From NCBI GenBank assembly GCA_024277575.1, contig JAJRUX010000007.1:1-49851 (forward strand): a stretch of 49,851 nucleotides of DNA. Direction: 5' to 3'. The position numbers were made by a program, and so were the translations under genes. The notes below the pieces were generated by a model. It had not been told where the DNA came from. It did no database searches and saw nothing but the letters and a program-made list of their open reading frames with translations. Every line of letters starts with the position of its first letter. Position 1 is the stretch's first letter. Shown piece after piece: positions 41,968 through 49,851 of the stretch. The stretch comes from Gammaproteobacteria bacterium. Lineage in GTDB: Bacteria; Pseudomonadota; Gammaproteobacteria; Thiohalospirales; Thiohalospiraceae.

Positions 41968-43157
41968 TCGGAATAGCGGTGCTGGGTGCTACCGGTTCTA
42001 TTGGCACCAGTACCCTGGAGGTGATAAAGCGCCATGGGGCGCGTTTTCGTCCGATAGCACTCACTGCTAATCGCCAGGTTGAACGCCTGTTTGAACAGTG
42101 CATCGAGTATCGCCCGGAGTATGCCGTAATGGTGGATGATGACAGTGCTCAACGGCTGCACGAACGCTTGAAACAGGTTGGTATCGGGGTGGAGGTGCTG
42201 TCCGGTCTGGATGGCCTCAAACAGGTTGCTACTTTGCCACAGGTTGATTATGTGATGGCCGCTATTGTCGGTGCTGCCGGTCTCGAACCCACGCTGGCGG
42301 CCGCCAGTGCAGGGAAGCGTGTATTGCTGGCAAACAAGGAAGCGCTGGTGATGTCCGGGCGTATCTTTATGGATACCGTCCGTGAAAGTGGTGCCGAACT
42401 GTTGCCTGTGGATAGCGAACACAATGCGATCTATCAGTGTATGCCGGCGGATGCAGGTAACGGACTGGCTGGCACCGGTGTCAGCAGGATTTTGTTGACC
42501 GCCTCTGGTGGACCTTTTCGAGCCACGCCGCTGAAACAGTTTGCCGATATCACTCCGGAGCAGGCCTGTTCTCATCCTAACTGGGTGATGGGACGCAAGA
42601 TCTCTGTGGATTCTGCCACGATGATGAACAAGGGGCTGGAGGTGATTGAGGCCTGTTGGCTGTTTGATGCCAAGCCTGAGCAGATACAGGTCGTGCTGCA
42701 TCCGCAGAGCGTCATTCACTCCATGGTTCAGTACACGGATGGGTCGGTACTGGCGCAGCTCGGGAACCCGGATATGCGCACTCCCATCGCCCATGCGCTG
42801 GCCTGGCCGGAGCGTATCGATTCTGGTGTGCAGGCGCTGGATCTGTTTGCTGTTGCCCGGCTCGATTTCGAGGCGCCGGATTTTTCCCGTTTCCCCTGTC
42901 TTCGGCTGGCGTATGAGGCGATAGAGGCGGGTGGTACCTGTCCGGCCATCCTTAACGCGGCCAACGAGGTCGCAGTGCAGGCATTTTTGGATCGGCGGTT
43001 GGGTTTTGGCGCCATTCCCGATGTGATTGAGGCGACATTGGGCCACGTGTCATCCAGTCCGGCAGATACCCTGACTGCCATACTCGATGATGATACTGCG
43101 GCCCGTGAACAAGCCATGCAACTTATCAACCGCAAGGAAGGTCAGAGCAGGGCATGA
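41964..43157 (+). CDS. dxr: 1-deoxy-D-xylulose 5-phosphate reductoisomerase
   Basis: Motifs [28 protein letters not shown] and [23 protein letters not shown]. Its ATG overlaps the cdsA stop as ATGA. Confidence 0.96.
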   Translation: MIGIAVLGATGSIGTSTLEVIKRHGARFRPIALTANRQVERLFEQCIEYRPEYAVMVDDDSAQRLHERLKQVGIGVEVLSGLDGLKQVATLPQVDYVMAAIVGAAGLEPTLAAASAGKRVLLANKEALVMSGRIFMDTVRESGAELLPVDSEHNAIYQCMPADAGNGLAGTGVSRILLTASGGPFRATPLKQFADITPEQACSHPNWVMGRKISVDSATMMNKGLEVIEACWLFDAKPEQIQVVLHPQSVIHSMVQYTDGSVLAQLGNPDMRTPIAHALAWPERIDSGVQALDLFAVARLDFEAPDFSRFPCLRLAYEAIEAGGTCPAILNAANEVAVQAFLDRRLGFGAIPDVIEATLGHVSSSPADTLTAILDDDTAAREQAMQLINRKEGQSRA

Positions 43158-44518
43158 ATGGTTTTCTGATCTCTCTGCTCTCGTTCCTCGTTGCGATTGG
43201 AATCCTGGTCGCTGTCCATGAGTTTGGCCATTTCTGGGTGGCCCGCAAGCTCGGTGTCAAGGTACTGCGTTTTTCCATTGGTTTTGGTAAACCCATATGG
43301 AAGTGGCAGAAGAACCCGGACGCTACCGAATATGTGGTCGGGGCAGTGCCGCTGGGCGGTTATGTGAAGATGCTGGATGAGCGGGAGGGGGATGTTCCCG
43401 AGCATGAGCTGCCTTACACGTTCAATCGTCAACCGGTAGGCAGCCGCATTGCTATCGTTGCTGCCGGACCGCTGTTCAATTTCATATTTGCCATTCTGGC
43501 TTACTGGCTGGTTTTTGTGCTGGGCGTTGAGGGAATCAAAGCGGTTGTCGATGAGGTGGAGCCGGATTCTCCCGCAGCCACTGCTGGTTTGCGTCATGGC
43601 GATCAGATTGTCTCGGTGGATGGAGATGCCACTCCAACCTGGGGAAGCCTTATGCAGGCTTTGCTGTACAGGGCGGTCAAGAAAGAGAGTGTATCGCTGC
43701 TGGTGCGTGACAGTCAGGGGCTGGAGCGTCATTTGACATTGTCCCTTCCGGCAATCGGCGAAAAATCCGGCTCGCCGGACCTGGCAAAGGAGGTGGGAAT
43801 CAATCCGCTCAGACCCTCCATAGAGCCGGTTATCGACCAGGTGGTCAAGGGGAGTGCAGCCGAGCGTGCGGGACTCGAACCGCGTGATCGGGTACTGTTT
43901 GTGAACGGTAAAACCATCAAAAGCTGGAGTGAACTGGTGGAGTCTGTTCAGGCACATCCGGGAGAGAGTCTGGTCTTGACGGTTGAGCGCGATGGCCGGC
44001 AGATTGATCTGTCCGTGACTCCGGAGCCTGTCAGCACTGATCAGGGAGAGATAGGCAGGATTGGTGCCGGGGTGGCTCCTCCGGAAGCGGTACCAGAGAA
44101 ATACCGTGCCGAGTTGCAGTATTCCCCTTTGCGGGGAATTGCCGAGGCGGTTGGAAAAACCTGGGAGATGAGCGCCATGACAGTTCGCATGCTGGGTAAA
44201 ATGATCGTTGGCCAAGCATCGCTAGAGAATGTCAGCGGCCCAATTACCATTGCACAATATGCAGGATATACCGCCACTGTCGGTCTGGTTCAGTTTATCG
44301 GTTTTCTGGCCATTATCAGCATCAGCCTGGGGGTGATTAATCTGTTCCCGGTACCGCTGCTGGATGGTGGTCATCTACTGTATTATTTAATTGAAATCGT
44401 TAAGGGAAGCCCTGTTTCAGAACAGGCGCAGATGTTGGGACAGCGGCTAGGTATCGCCATGTTGGTCTCGTTGATGGCGTTGGCGTTTTATAACGACATA
44501 ATGCGCTTGCTCAAATAA
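43154..44518 (+). CDS. rseP: RIP metalloprotease RseP (site-2 protease)
   Basis: The zinc motif HEFGHF, two PDZ-like regions and the C-terminal [12 protein letters not shown]. The product is 454 aa and overlaps dxr by 4 nt. Confidence 0.96.
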   Translation: MNGFLISLLSFLVAIGILVAVHEFGHFWVARKLGVKVLRFSIGFGKPIWKWQKNPDATEYVVGAVPLGGYVKMLDEREGDVPEHELPYTFNRQPVGSRIAIVAAGPLFNFIFAILAYWLVFVLGVEGIKAVVDEVEPDSPAATAGLRHGDQIVSVDGDATPTWGSLMQALLYRAVKKESVSLLVRDSQGLERHLTLSLPAIGEKSGSPDLAKEVGINPLRPSIEPVIDQVVKGSAAERAGLEPRDRVLFVNGKTIKSWSELVESVQAHPGESLVLTVERDGRQIDLSVTPEPVSTDQGEIGRIGAGVAPPEAVPEKYRAELQYSPLRGIAEAVGKTWEMSAMTVRMLGKMIVGQASLENVSGPITIAQYAGYTATVGLVQFIGFLAIISISLGVINLFPVPLLDGGHLLYYLIEIVKGSPVSEQAQMLGQRLGIAMLVSLMALAFYNDIMRLLK

Positions 44519-44579
44519 TAATTGCCAGCTGAACTGACAGGTTGCCGTGACATCAACATATCACAATAATGGATAAAGT

Positions 44580-46859
44580 ATGAGACGAATTCTGTGCCTT
44601 GCTCTGATCTGGTTGTATGCGGGTGGCGCGTGGGCGTTTGAGCCGTTTGTGGTAAAGGATATCCAGGTGGAAGGGTTACAGCGCATTACCACCGGTACCG
44701 TATACAACTATCTGCCGATAAAAGTTGGTGATCGTCTGGATGAACATCTAGCCGAACAGGTGCTTCGGGAGTTGTTTAAAACCGGATTCTTCAAAGATGT
44801 AAAGCTGGCGCGGCGGGGTGATATCCTGCTGGTGCGTGTTCAGGAGCGTCCTTCCATAGCCGAGATAAAGTTGTCCGGTAACAAGGATATCAGCACGGAG
44901 GATATCAAGAAGAGTCTGAAACAGATTGGCCTTGCGGAGGGGCGGGTGTTTGATCGTTCCATGCTGGACAAGGTTGAACAGGAGCTGGTGCGTCAGTATT
45001 ACAACAACGGCAAGTATGCCGTTCATGTCAAATCAACAGTGAAATCCCTGGAGCGCAACCGGGTTGCAGTCAGTATTGATGTTTCTGAGGGCGAGGTGGC
45101 AAAGATACGAGCCATCAATATCGTGGGTAATCGGGCGTTCAGCGAGAAAGAGCTGCTGGATGATTTCCAGTTGGGGCCGACCGGTCCCTTCTCCTTCTTC
45201 TCCAGTAGTGACAAATACTCGAAGCAACGGCTGGCGGGTGATCTGGAAACACTGCGTTCCTATTATATGGATCGCGGCTATATTGATTTCAGCATTACCT
45301 CGACCCAGGTCTCTATTACGCCGGATAAGCGTCATGTCTACATTACCATTAACATCAGGGAAGGCGACAAATTTACCGTTGGAGAGATTGCGCTGGGGGG
45401 GAAACTGGTTGTTGACGAGCGGCAGCTGCGTGAACTGGTTAAACTTCAGCCTGGTGAGACATTTTCTCGCAGTAAAGTGACCCAAGCGGTCAACAGTATC
45501 ACTGAGCGGATCTCTGCTGAGGGATATGCCTTCGCCAACGTGAATGCCATTCCGGATTATGATCATGGCAAGCGGCAGGTTTCATTGCGCTTTTTTGTTG
45601 ACCCGGGCAAACGGGTCTATGTTCGCCGGATTAATATATCGGGAAATACAAAGACCCGAGATGATGTGGTTCGCCGCGAGATGCGTCAGATGGAAGGCGG
45701 TTTGCTGGCGATTGAAAAACTCAACTTGTCGCGGCGGCGGCTGAATCGTCTGGGCTATTTCGGGCAGGTGAATATCGAGACCCCGGCTGTGCCAGGTACT
45801 CCCGATCAGGTGGATGTCAATGTCAGCGTGACGGAGCAGCCGTCTGGTTCATTCAGCGCGGGGATTGGCTACTCCCAGGCCCAGGGCGCCCTGGTCAACG
45901 CCAGTATCACTCAAAATAACTTTCTGGGCACGGGAACCTCCAACAGCCTTACTATCAATAACAGCAGAGTTAACACCATATACAGTTTTTCCTATACCAA
46001 CCCTTACTATACCAAGGATGGTATCAGCCGTGGATTTCGAGCCTTTTACCGGGAGACCAATGCCGGTAATGCCAATGTTGCCCGCTATCTTACCGATGTG
46101 TATGGTGGTGGGGTGAACTACGGGCTTCCATTAAATGAGAACAATACATTCCGTTTTGGTCTCGACTATGAACATACTTATTTGAAAACCACGGACAATA
46201 CTCCTCAGGAGTTCCAGGACTTCATTAACGAAAACGGCGACAAATATGATGTGTTCAATGCGAGCCTGGGCTGGATATACGATACCCGCAATCGCAGCCT
46301 GTTTCCGACCGAAGGCGTACGCAACAAGCTCAACCTGCAGGTGGCGATACCTGGCAGTACGCTGGAGTATTACAAAATTGAACTGAATCACAAACGCTAT
46401 ATCCCGGTGGGCAAGAAATCCACCATTCTGCTACGTGGTGAAGTAAACTATGGCGATGGACTGGGTGATCTCGGTGGCCCCCCCCCCTTTGAGTATTTCT
46501 ATACCGGCGGTAGTCAGTCGGTTCGCGGTTTCCAGGCAAACTCGCTGGGCCCTCGTTCTGCCGCAGGGACAAGTAGCAGGTCGCTGGGGGGTACCGTTGA
46601 GACAGTAGGAGGGGTTGAGTTCCTGTTTCCGCCGAGTGCAGACAATGATAGCCTGCGGCTGGCGCTGTTTGCGGATGTTGGTAATGTCTACACGGATTTT
46701 GATGCCTTTGATGCCGGTAAGCTTCGTTCATCGTATGGTGTTGGTCTGGTTTGGCTTACCCCCGTGGGCGTACTAAAATTGAGCTATGCGAAACCGCTGT
46801 ACTATGAGTCAGATGATGATCTGGATCCGTTACAGTTTACTATCGGGATGAGTTACTAA
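44580..46859 (+). CDS. bamA: outer membrane protein assembly factor BamA
   Basis: A signal peptide, five POTRA repeats (FVVKDIQVEGLQRI...) and an Omp85 barrel with YTGGSQSVRGF. The product is 759 aa. Confidence 0.97.
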   Translation: MRRILCLALIWLYAGGAWAFEPFVVKDIQVEGLQRITTGTVYNYLPIKVGDRLDEHLAEQVLRELFKTGFFKDVKLARRGDILLVRVQERPSIAEIKLSGNKDISTEDIKKSLKQIGLAEGRVFDRSMLDKVEQELVRQYYNNGKYAVHVKSTVKSLERNRVAVSIDVSEGEVAKIRAINIVGNRAFSEKELLDDFQLGPTGPFSFFSSSDKYSKQRLAGDLETLRSYYMDRGYIDFSITSTQVSITPDKRHVYITINIREGDKFTVGEIALGGKLVVDERQLRELVKLQPGETFSRSKVTQAVNSITERISAEGYAFANVNAIPDYDHGKRQVSLRFFVDPGKRVYVRRINISGNTKTRDDVVRREMRQMEGGLLAIEKLNLSRRRLNRLGYFGQVNIETPAVPGTPDQVDVNVSVTEQPSGSFSAGIGYSQAQGALVNASITQNNFLGTGTSNSLTINNSRVNTIYSFSYTNPYYTKDGISRGFRAFYRETNAGNANVARYLTDVYGGGVNYGLPLNENNTFRFGLDYEHTYLKTTDNTPQEFQDFINENGDKYDVFNASLGWIYDTRNRSLFPTEGVRNKLNLQVAIPGSTLEYYKIELNHKRYIPVGKKSTILLRGEVNYGDGLGDLGGPPPFEYFYTGGSQSVRGFQANSLGPRSAAGTSSRSLGGTVETVGGVEFLFPPSADNDSLRLALFADVGNVYTDFDAFDAGKLRSSYGVGLVWLTPVGVLKLSYAKPLYYESDDDLDPLQFTIGMSY

Positions 46860-46877
46860 ATTGAAGCAGGTATTTTT

Positions 46878-47399
46878 TTGAACAAGATTAGCAAAATTGC
46901 ATTACTGTTTCTTATCTGGTTTTTGTTTGGGTTGTCGGTAGCCGAGGCGGCGGAACTCAAAGTTGGTGTTGTAAACACCGCACGGGTTCTGCAGGAGGCG
47001 CCACAGGCGCGAAGCTCGAGCAAAAAACTTGAGAGCGAGTTTGCGCCTCGTGAGCGCAAGCTTTTGGAAAGCCAGAAAAAAATCAAGGAGAAAGAAGAAC
47101 GCTTGATGCGTGACAGCGCCGTAATGAGTGAATCGGAGCGACGCAAGGCAGAGCGCGATCTGCTGGCCATGAAGCGCGAGTTGAAACGTTCGCAGGATGA
47201 ATTTCGGGAAGATCTGAATATCCGCCGTAATGAGGAGTTTGGCAAACTGCAGCGCGTCATATCCAGAATAATCGATGATCTAGCCAAGGAGAAAGGTTTT
47301 GACCTGATTCTGGGTGAAAACGTTATTTATGCCACGGATAGTATCGATATTACCAAGCAGATACTGGAGCGCCTTGATAAAGACAGCTCCGCAAAATAA
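46878..47399 (+). CDS. skp: periplasmic chaperone Skp (OmpH)
   Basis: A TTG start, a signal peptide and a Lys/Glu-rich coiled body. The product is 173 aa and lies between bamA and lpxD. Confidence 0.9.
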   Translation: MNKISKIALLFLIWFLFGLSVAEAAELKVGVVNTARVLQEAPQARSSSKKLESEFAPRERKLLESQKKIKEKEERLMRDSAVMSESERRKAERDLLAMKRELKRSQDEFREDLNIRRNEEFGKLQRVISRIIDDLAKEKGFDLILGENVIYATDSIDITKQILERLDKDSSAK

Positions 47400-47446
47400 C
47401 GTCAATTTCTGATGTATTTATCCCTCATTAAGTCGGATATGGATAG

Positions 47447-48487
47447 ATGGCGGCCTATACATTAGGCGAACTGGCCAGGCTTGTTGATGGGCGGGTAGTT
47501 GGTGACGACAGCATCCGCATTGAGGGTGTGGCAACACTTGCCAATGCATCCCCGCGGCAAATCAGCTTTCTCGCCAACCCGCGATATCAGCAGCAGTTGC
47601 AGCAGACCCGGGCTGCGGCTGTTATTCTGAATGAGTCAGAGTTGCCCCACTGTCCGGTGAACGCGCTGGTAACCGCCAAACCCTATATTTCCTACGCGCG
47701 CATTGCCGCACTTTTTGTACCTGTTCCGACACAGCAGTGTGGTATTCATCCTGCCGCTTGTGTCAGTGCAGATGCCACTATTCATGAAACTGCCTGGATC
47801 GGCCCGAACTGTTCAATAGAGGCCGGGGTTGCTGTTGGTGCCAATACCCGGATTGGCCCCGGCTGTTTTATCGGCGAAAACTCTACCGTGGGTGCGGATT
47901 GTCTGTTGGTTGGCAATATTTCCATCTGTCACGGCGTTCATATCGGGTGCCGTAATACTATCCACCCCGGAGTGGTTATCGGCAGTGACGGGTTCGGCTT
48001 TGCCAATGAGCGCGGGCAGTGGTTAAAGGTTCCGCAGCTGGGTGGGGTGGTGATAGGTAATGATATAGAGATAGGGGCCAATACGACCATTGATCGAGGT
48101 GCGCTGGATGACACGATCATTGAGGATGGCGTCAAGCTGGATAACCAGATCCAGATTGCCCATAACGTGTATATTGGAGAACACACAGCGATGGCTGGCT
48201 GTTCAGGTATTTCCGGCAGTACCCGGGTGGGGCGTCGTTGCGCCATAGCAGGGGGAGCGGGAATTGCAGGTCACCTGGAAATAACTGATGATGTGACCAT
48301 TACGGCAATGTCTCTGGTTATCAAGTCAATCAGTGAGCCCGGTGTTTATTCATCGGGGATTCCGGTAGAGCAAAATCGCCTGTGGAACCGGCGTCTGGTG
48401 TATTTACGCCGTCTGGATGAGATGGCAAACCGGCTCAAGTCAATTGAGCAGAAACTCGGTACGATTATCAGCAAGCAGGAGGATTGA
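47447..48487 (+). CDS. lpxD: UDP-3-O-acylglucosamine N-acyltransferase
   Basis: The N-terminal domain (YTLGELA) is followed by a left-handed beta-helix of hexapeptide repeats. The product is 346 aa. Confidence 0.96.
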   Translation: MAAYTLGELARLVDGRVVGDDSIRIEGVATLANASPRQISFLANPRYQQQLQQTRAAAVILNESELPHCPVNALVTAKPYISYARIAALFVPVPTQQCGIHPAACVSADATIHETAWIGPNCSIEAGVAVGANTRIGPGCFIGENSTVGADCLLVGNISICHGVHIGCRNTIHPGVVIGSDGFGFANERGQWLKVPQLGGVVIGNDIEIGANTTIDRGALDDTIIEDGVKLDNQIQIAHNVYIGEHTAMAGCSGISGSTRVGRRCAIAGGAGIAGHLEITDDVTITAMSLVIKSISEPGVYSSGIPVEQNRLWNRRLVYLRRLDEMANRLKSIEQKLGTIISKQED

Positions 48488-48490
48488 ACC

Positions 48491-48937
48491 TTGGAAAGCA
48501 TGGATATCTATCAGATACTGGAGCATCTCCCTCATCGTTACCCCTTTTTGTTGGTAGATAAAGTGCTGGAAATAGAGTCGGGAAAGTATCTCAAGGGAAT
48601 CAAGAATGTTTCCTACAATGAGCCTTATTTTAACGGCCACTTTCCCCATCGCGCTGTAATGCCGGGCGTTCTTATTCTGGAAGCGTTGGCACAGGCGACC
48701 GGTATTCTGGCTTTCGTGACAACCAAAACCAAACCTACCGAAGAGTCACTGTATTATTTTGTTGGTACCGATAATATCCGTTTCAAGCAGCCGGTTATTC
48801 CGGGTGATCAACTGGTTCTGGAAGTGGAGTTGATAAAGAAACTACGCGGGGTATGGAAATTCAAGGGGAAGGCGTCGGTTGATGGAAAAACGGTTGCCAG
48901 CGGTGAAATTCTTTGTGCGGAGCGGAATGTTGTATGA
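48491..48937 (+). CDS. fabZ: 3-hydroxyacyl-ACP dehydratase FabZ
   Basis: Motifs [13 protein letters not shown] and [19 protein letters not shown]. The start is either the TTG at 48491 or the ATG at 48500. Confidence 0.95.
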   Translation: MESMDIYQILEHLPHRYPFLLVDKVLEIESGKYLKGIKNVSYNEPYFNGHFPHRAVMPGVLILEALAQATGILAFVTTKTKPTEESLYYFVGTDNIRFKQPVIPGDQLVLEVELIKKLRGVWKFKGKASVDGKTVASGEILCAERNVV

Positions 48938-49707
48938 GTATTGATCCCCGTGCCGTGGTCGACCCTTCGGCCAAGCTGGCGTCGGGAGTCAGCGTCGGGG
49001 CATATACCATTATCGGTGAAAGGGTAGAGATTGGTGCCGGGACAACCATCGGTTCACATGTCGTGATCAAGGGGCCAACCGTTATTGGAAAAGAAAACCG
49101 GTTTTATTCGTTTTCCTCCATCGGTGATGATCCGCAGGATAAAAAATACGCCGGGGAACAGACGCGGCTGGAGATAGGTGATCGCAACGTAATCCGTGAG
49201 TACTGTACTATCAACCGGGGTACAGAGCAGGGTGGTGGCGTTACACGCATCGGGGATGACAACTGGATTATGGCTTATGTGCATATTGCCCATGACTGCC
49301 TCATTGCCAACAATACGGTTTTTGCAAATAATGCCTCGCTGGCCGGGCACGTGAAGGTGGATGATTTTGCCGTGCTGGGCGGGTTCACGCTGGTACATCA
49401 GTTCTGCTCCATTGGTGCGCACAGTTTTAGTGGCATGGGTAGTACCTTGAGCAAGGATCTCCCGCCCTATGTGATGGCAAGTGGTAATCCTGCAACCCCG
49501 AGGGGCTTGAACAGTGAGGGTTTGAAACGCCGTGGTTTCAGCCCTGAAACTATTCGGGTCTTGCGGCGAGCCTACAAGACCCTTTTTCGTTCTGGATTGA
49601 CCCTGGAGGAGGCGGTTGCAAAACTCAAGATACTGGGGCAGGACTACAAGGAGGTTGCGGTGCTGGTTAATTTTCTGGAACACTCCCAGCGAAGTATTTT
49701 ACGCTGA
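48934..49707 (+). CDS. lpxA: acyl-ACP--UDP-N-acetylglucosamine O-acyltransferase
   Basis: [15 protein letters not shown] followed by hexapeptide repeats and a C-terminal helical domain. The ATG at 48934 overlaps the fabZ stop as ATGA; the ORF-track start at 48913 lies inside fabZ. Confidence 0.96.
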   Translation: MSIDPRAVVDPSAKLASGVSVGAYTIIGERVEIGAGTTIGSHVVIKGPTVIGKENRFYSFSSIGDDPQDKKYAGEQTRLEIGDRNVIREYCTINRGTEQGGGVTRIGDDNWIMAYVHIAHDCLIANNTVFANNASLAGHVKVDDFAVLGGFTLVHQFCSIGAHSFSGMGSTLSKDLPPYVMASGNPATPRGLNSEGLKRRGFSPETIRVLRRAYKTLFRSGLTLEEAVAKLKILGQDYKEVAVLVNFLEHSQRSILR

Positions 49708-49715
49708 TTGTGGGT

Positions 49716-49755
49716 TATTAACCCGGCAACAATATAGATCGCATTCAGGGCTTCA
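49716..49755 (+). repeat. 40-nt dispersed repeat, copy 2
   Basis: tattaacccggcaacaatatagatcgcattcagggcttca matches the reverse complement of 135-174 at 37 of 40 positions. It starts 8 nt after the lpxA stop. Confidence 0.8.
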
Positions 49756-49844
49756 GGCATGGGCTGGAACAAGGCGCAGCACGCAGGCAAGGGTTGTTCC
49801 CTTGCCAAGTGTTGCAACGCCGTGCCGGCCCATGCCTGAAGCCC
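49748..49844. repeat. long hairpin-forming palindromic element (REP/MITE-like), possibly truncated by the window edge
   Basis: The perfect 17-bp inverted repeat GGGCTTCAGGCATGGGC (49748-49764) pairs with GCCCATGCCTGAAGCCC (49828-49844). An inner stem GGCAAGGG-TTGTT-CCCTTGCC (49786-49806) and further imperfect pairing lie between them. Confidence 0.7.
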
Positions 49845-49851
49845 CTAACAG

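Overview
The window looks like a gammaproteobacterial chromosome segment and is mostly core housekeeping genes with enteric- or Pseudomonas-like synteny. In order, it contains:

- a truncated MCP-like gene end, then pgm (PGM1 type) and htpG
- lapA-lapB-pyrF, and maf(yceF)-purB
- a DUF4091 secreted protein
- DUF502-tamA-tamB, and a hipBA toxin-antitoxin pair
- a translationally coupled dapC-dapD-yffB-dapE operon
- an EamA transporter, an MscS channel and a putative outer-membrane beta-barrel
- a tRNA Gly(GCC)-Cys(GCA)-Leu(TAA) operon
- two coupled large GTPases, transcribed divergently from a secreted alpha/beta-hydrolase
- sohB, and glnD-map
- the classical rpsB-tsf-pyrH-frr-uppS-cdsA-dxr-rseP-bamA-skp-lpxD-fabZ-lpxA block

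I saw no CRISPR array, integrase, transposase or rRNA.

The best candidate for an uncharacterised system is the overlapping pair of large membrane-associated P-loop GTPases at 25726-29320. They have a bacterial dynamin-like architecture, sit next to the tRNA cluster, and carry a G10 homopolymer near the 5' end of the first gene.

Other sequence-level oddities:

- a 161-bp MITE-like palindromic element with a 5-bp target-site duplication between sohB and glnD
- a 40-nt repeat present in inverted copies at both ends of the window, each just 3' of a stop codon
- a long hairpin element after lpxA
- a ribosomal protein S2 with a C-terminal extension of about 125 aa ending in a helix-hairpin-helix module
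- a C10 tract inside bamA

All functional calls rest on motifs I recognise in the translated ORFs. No database search was run.
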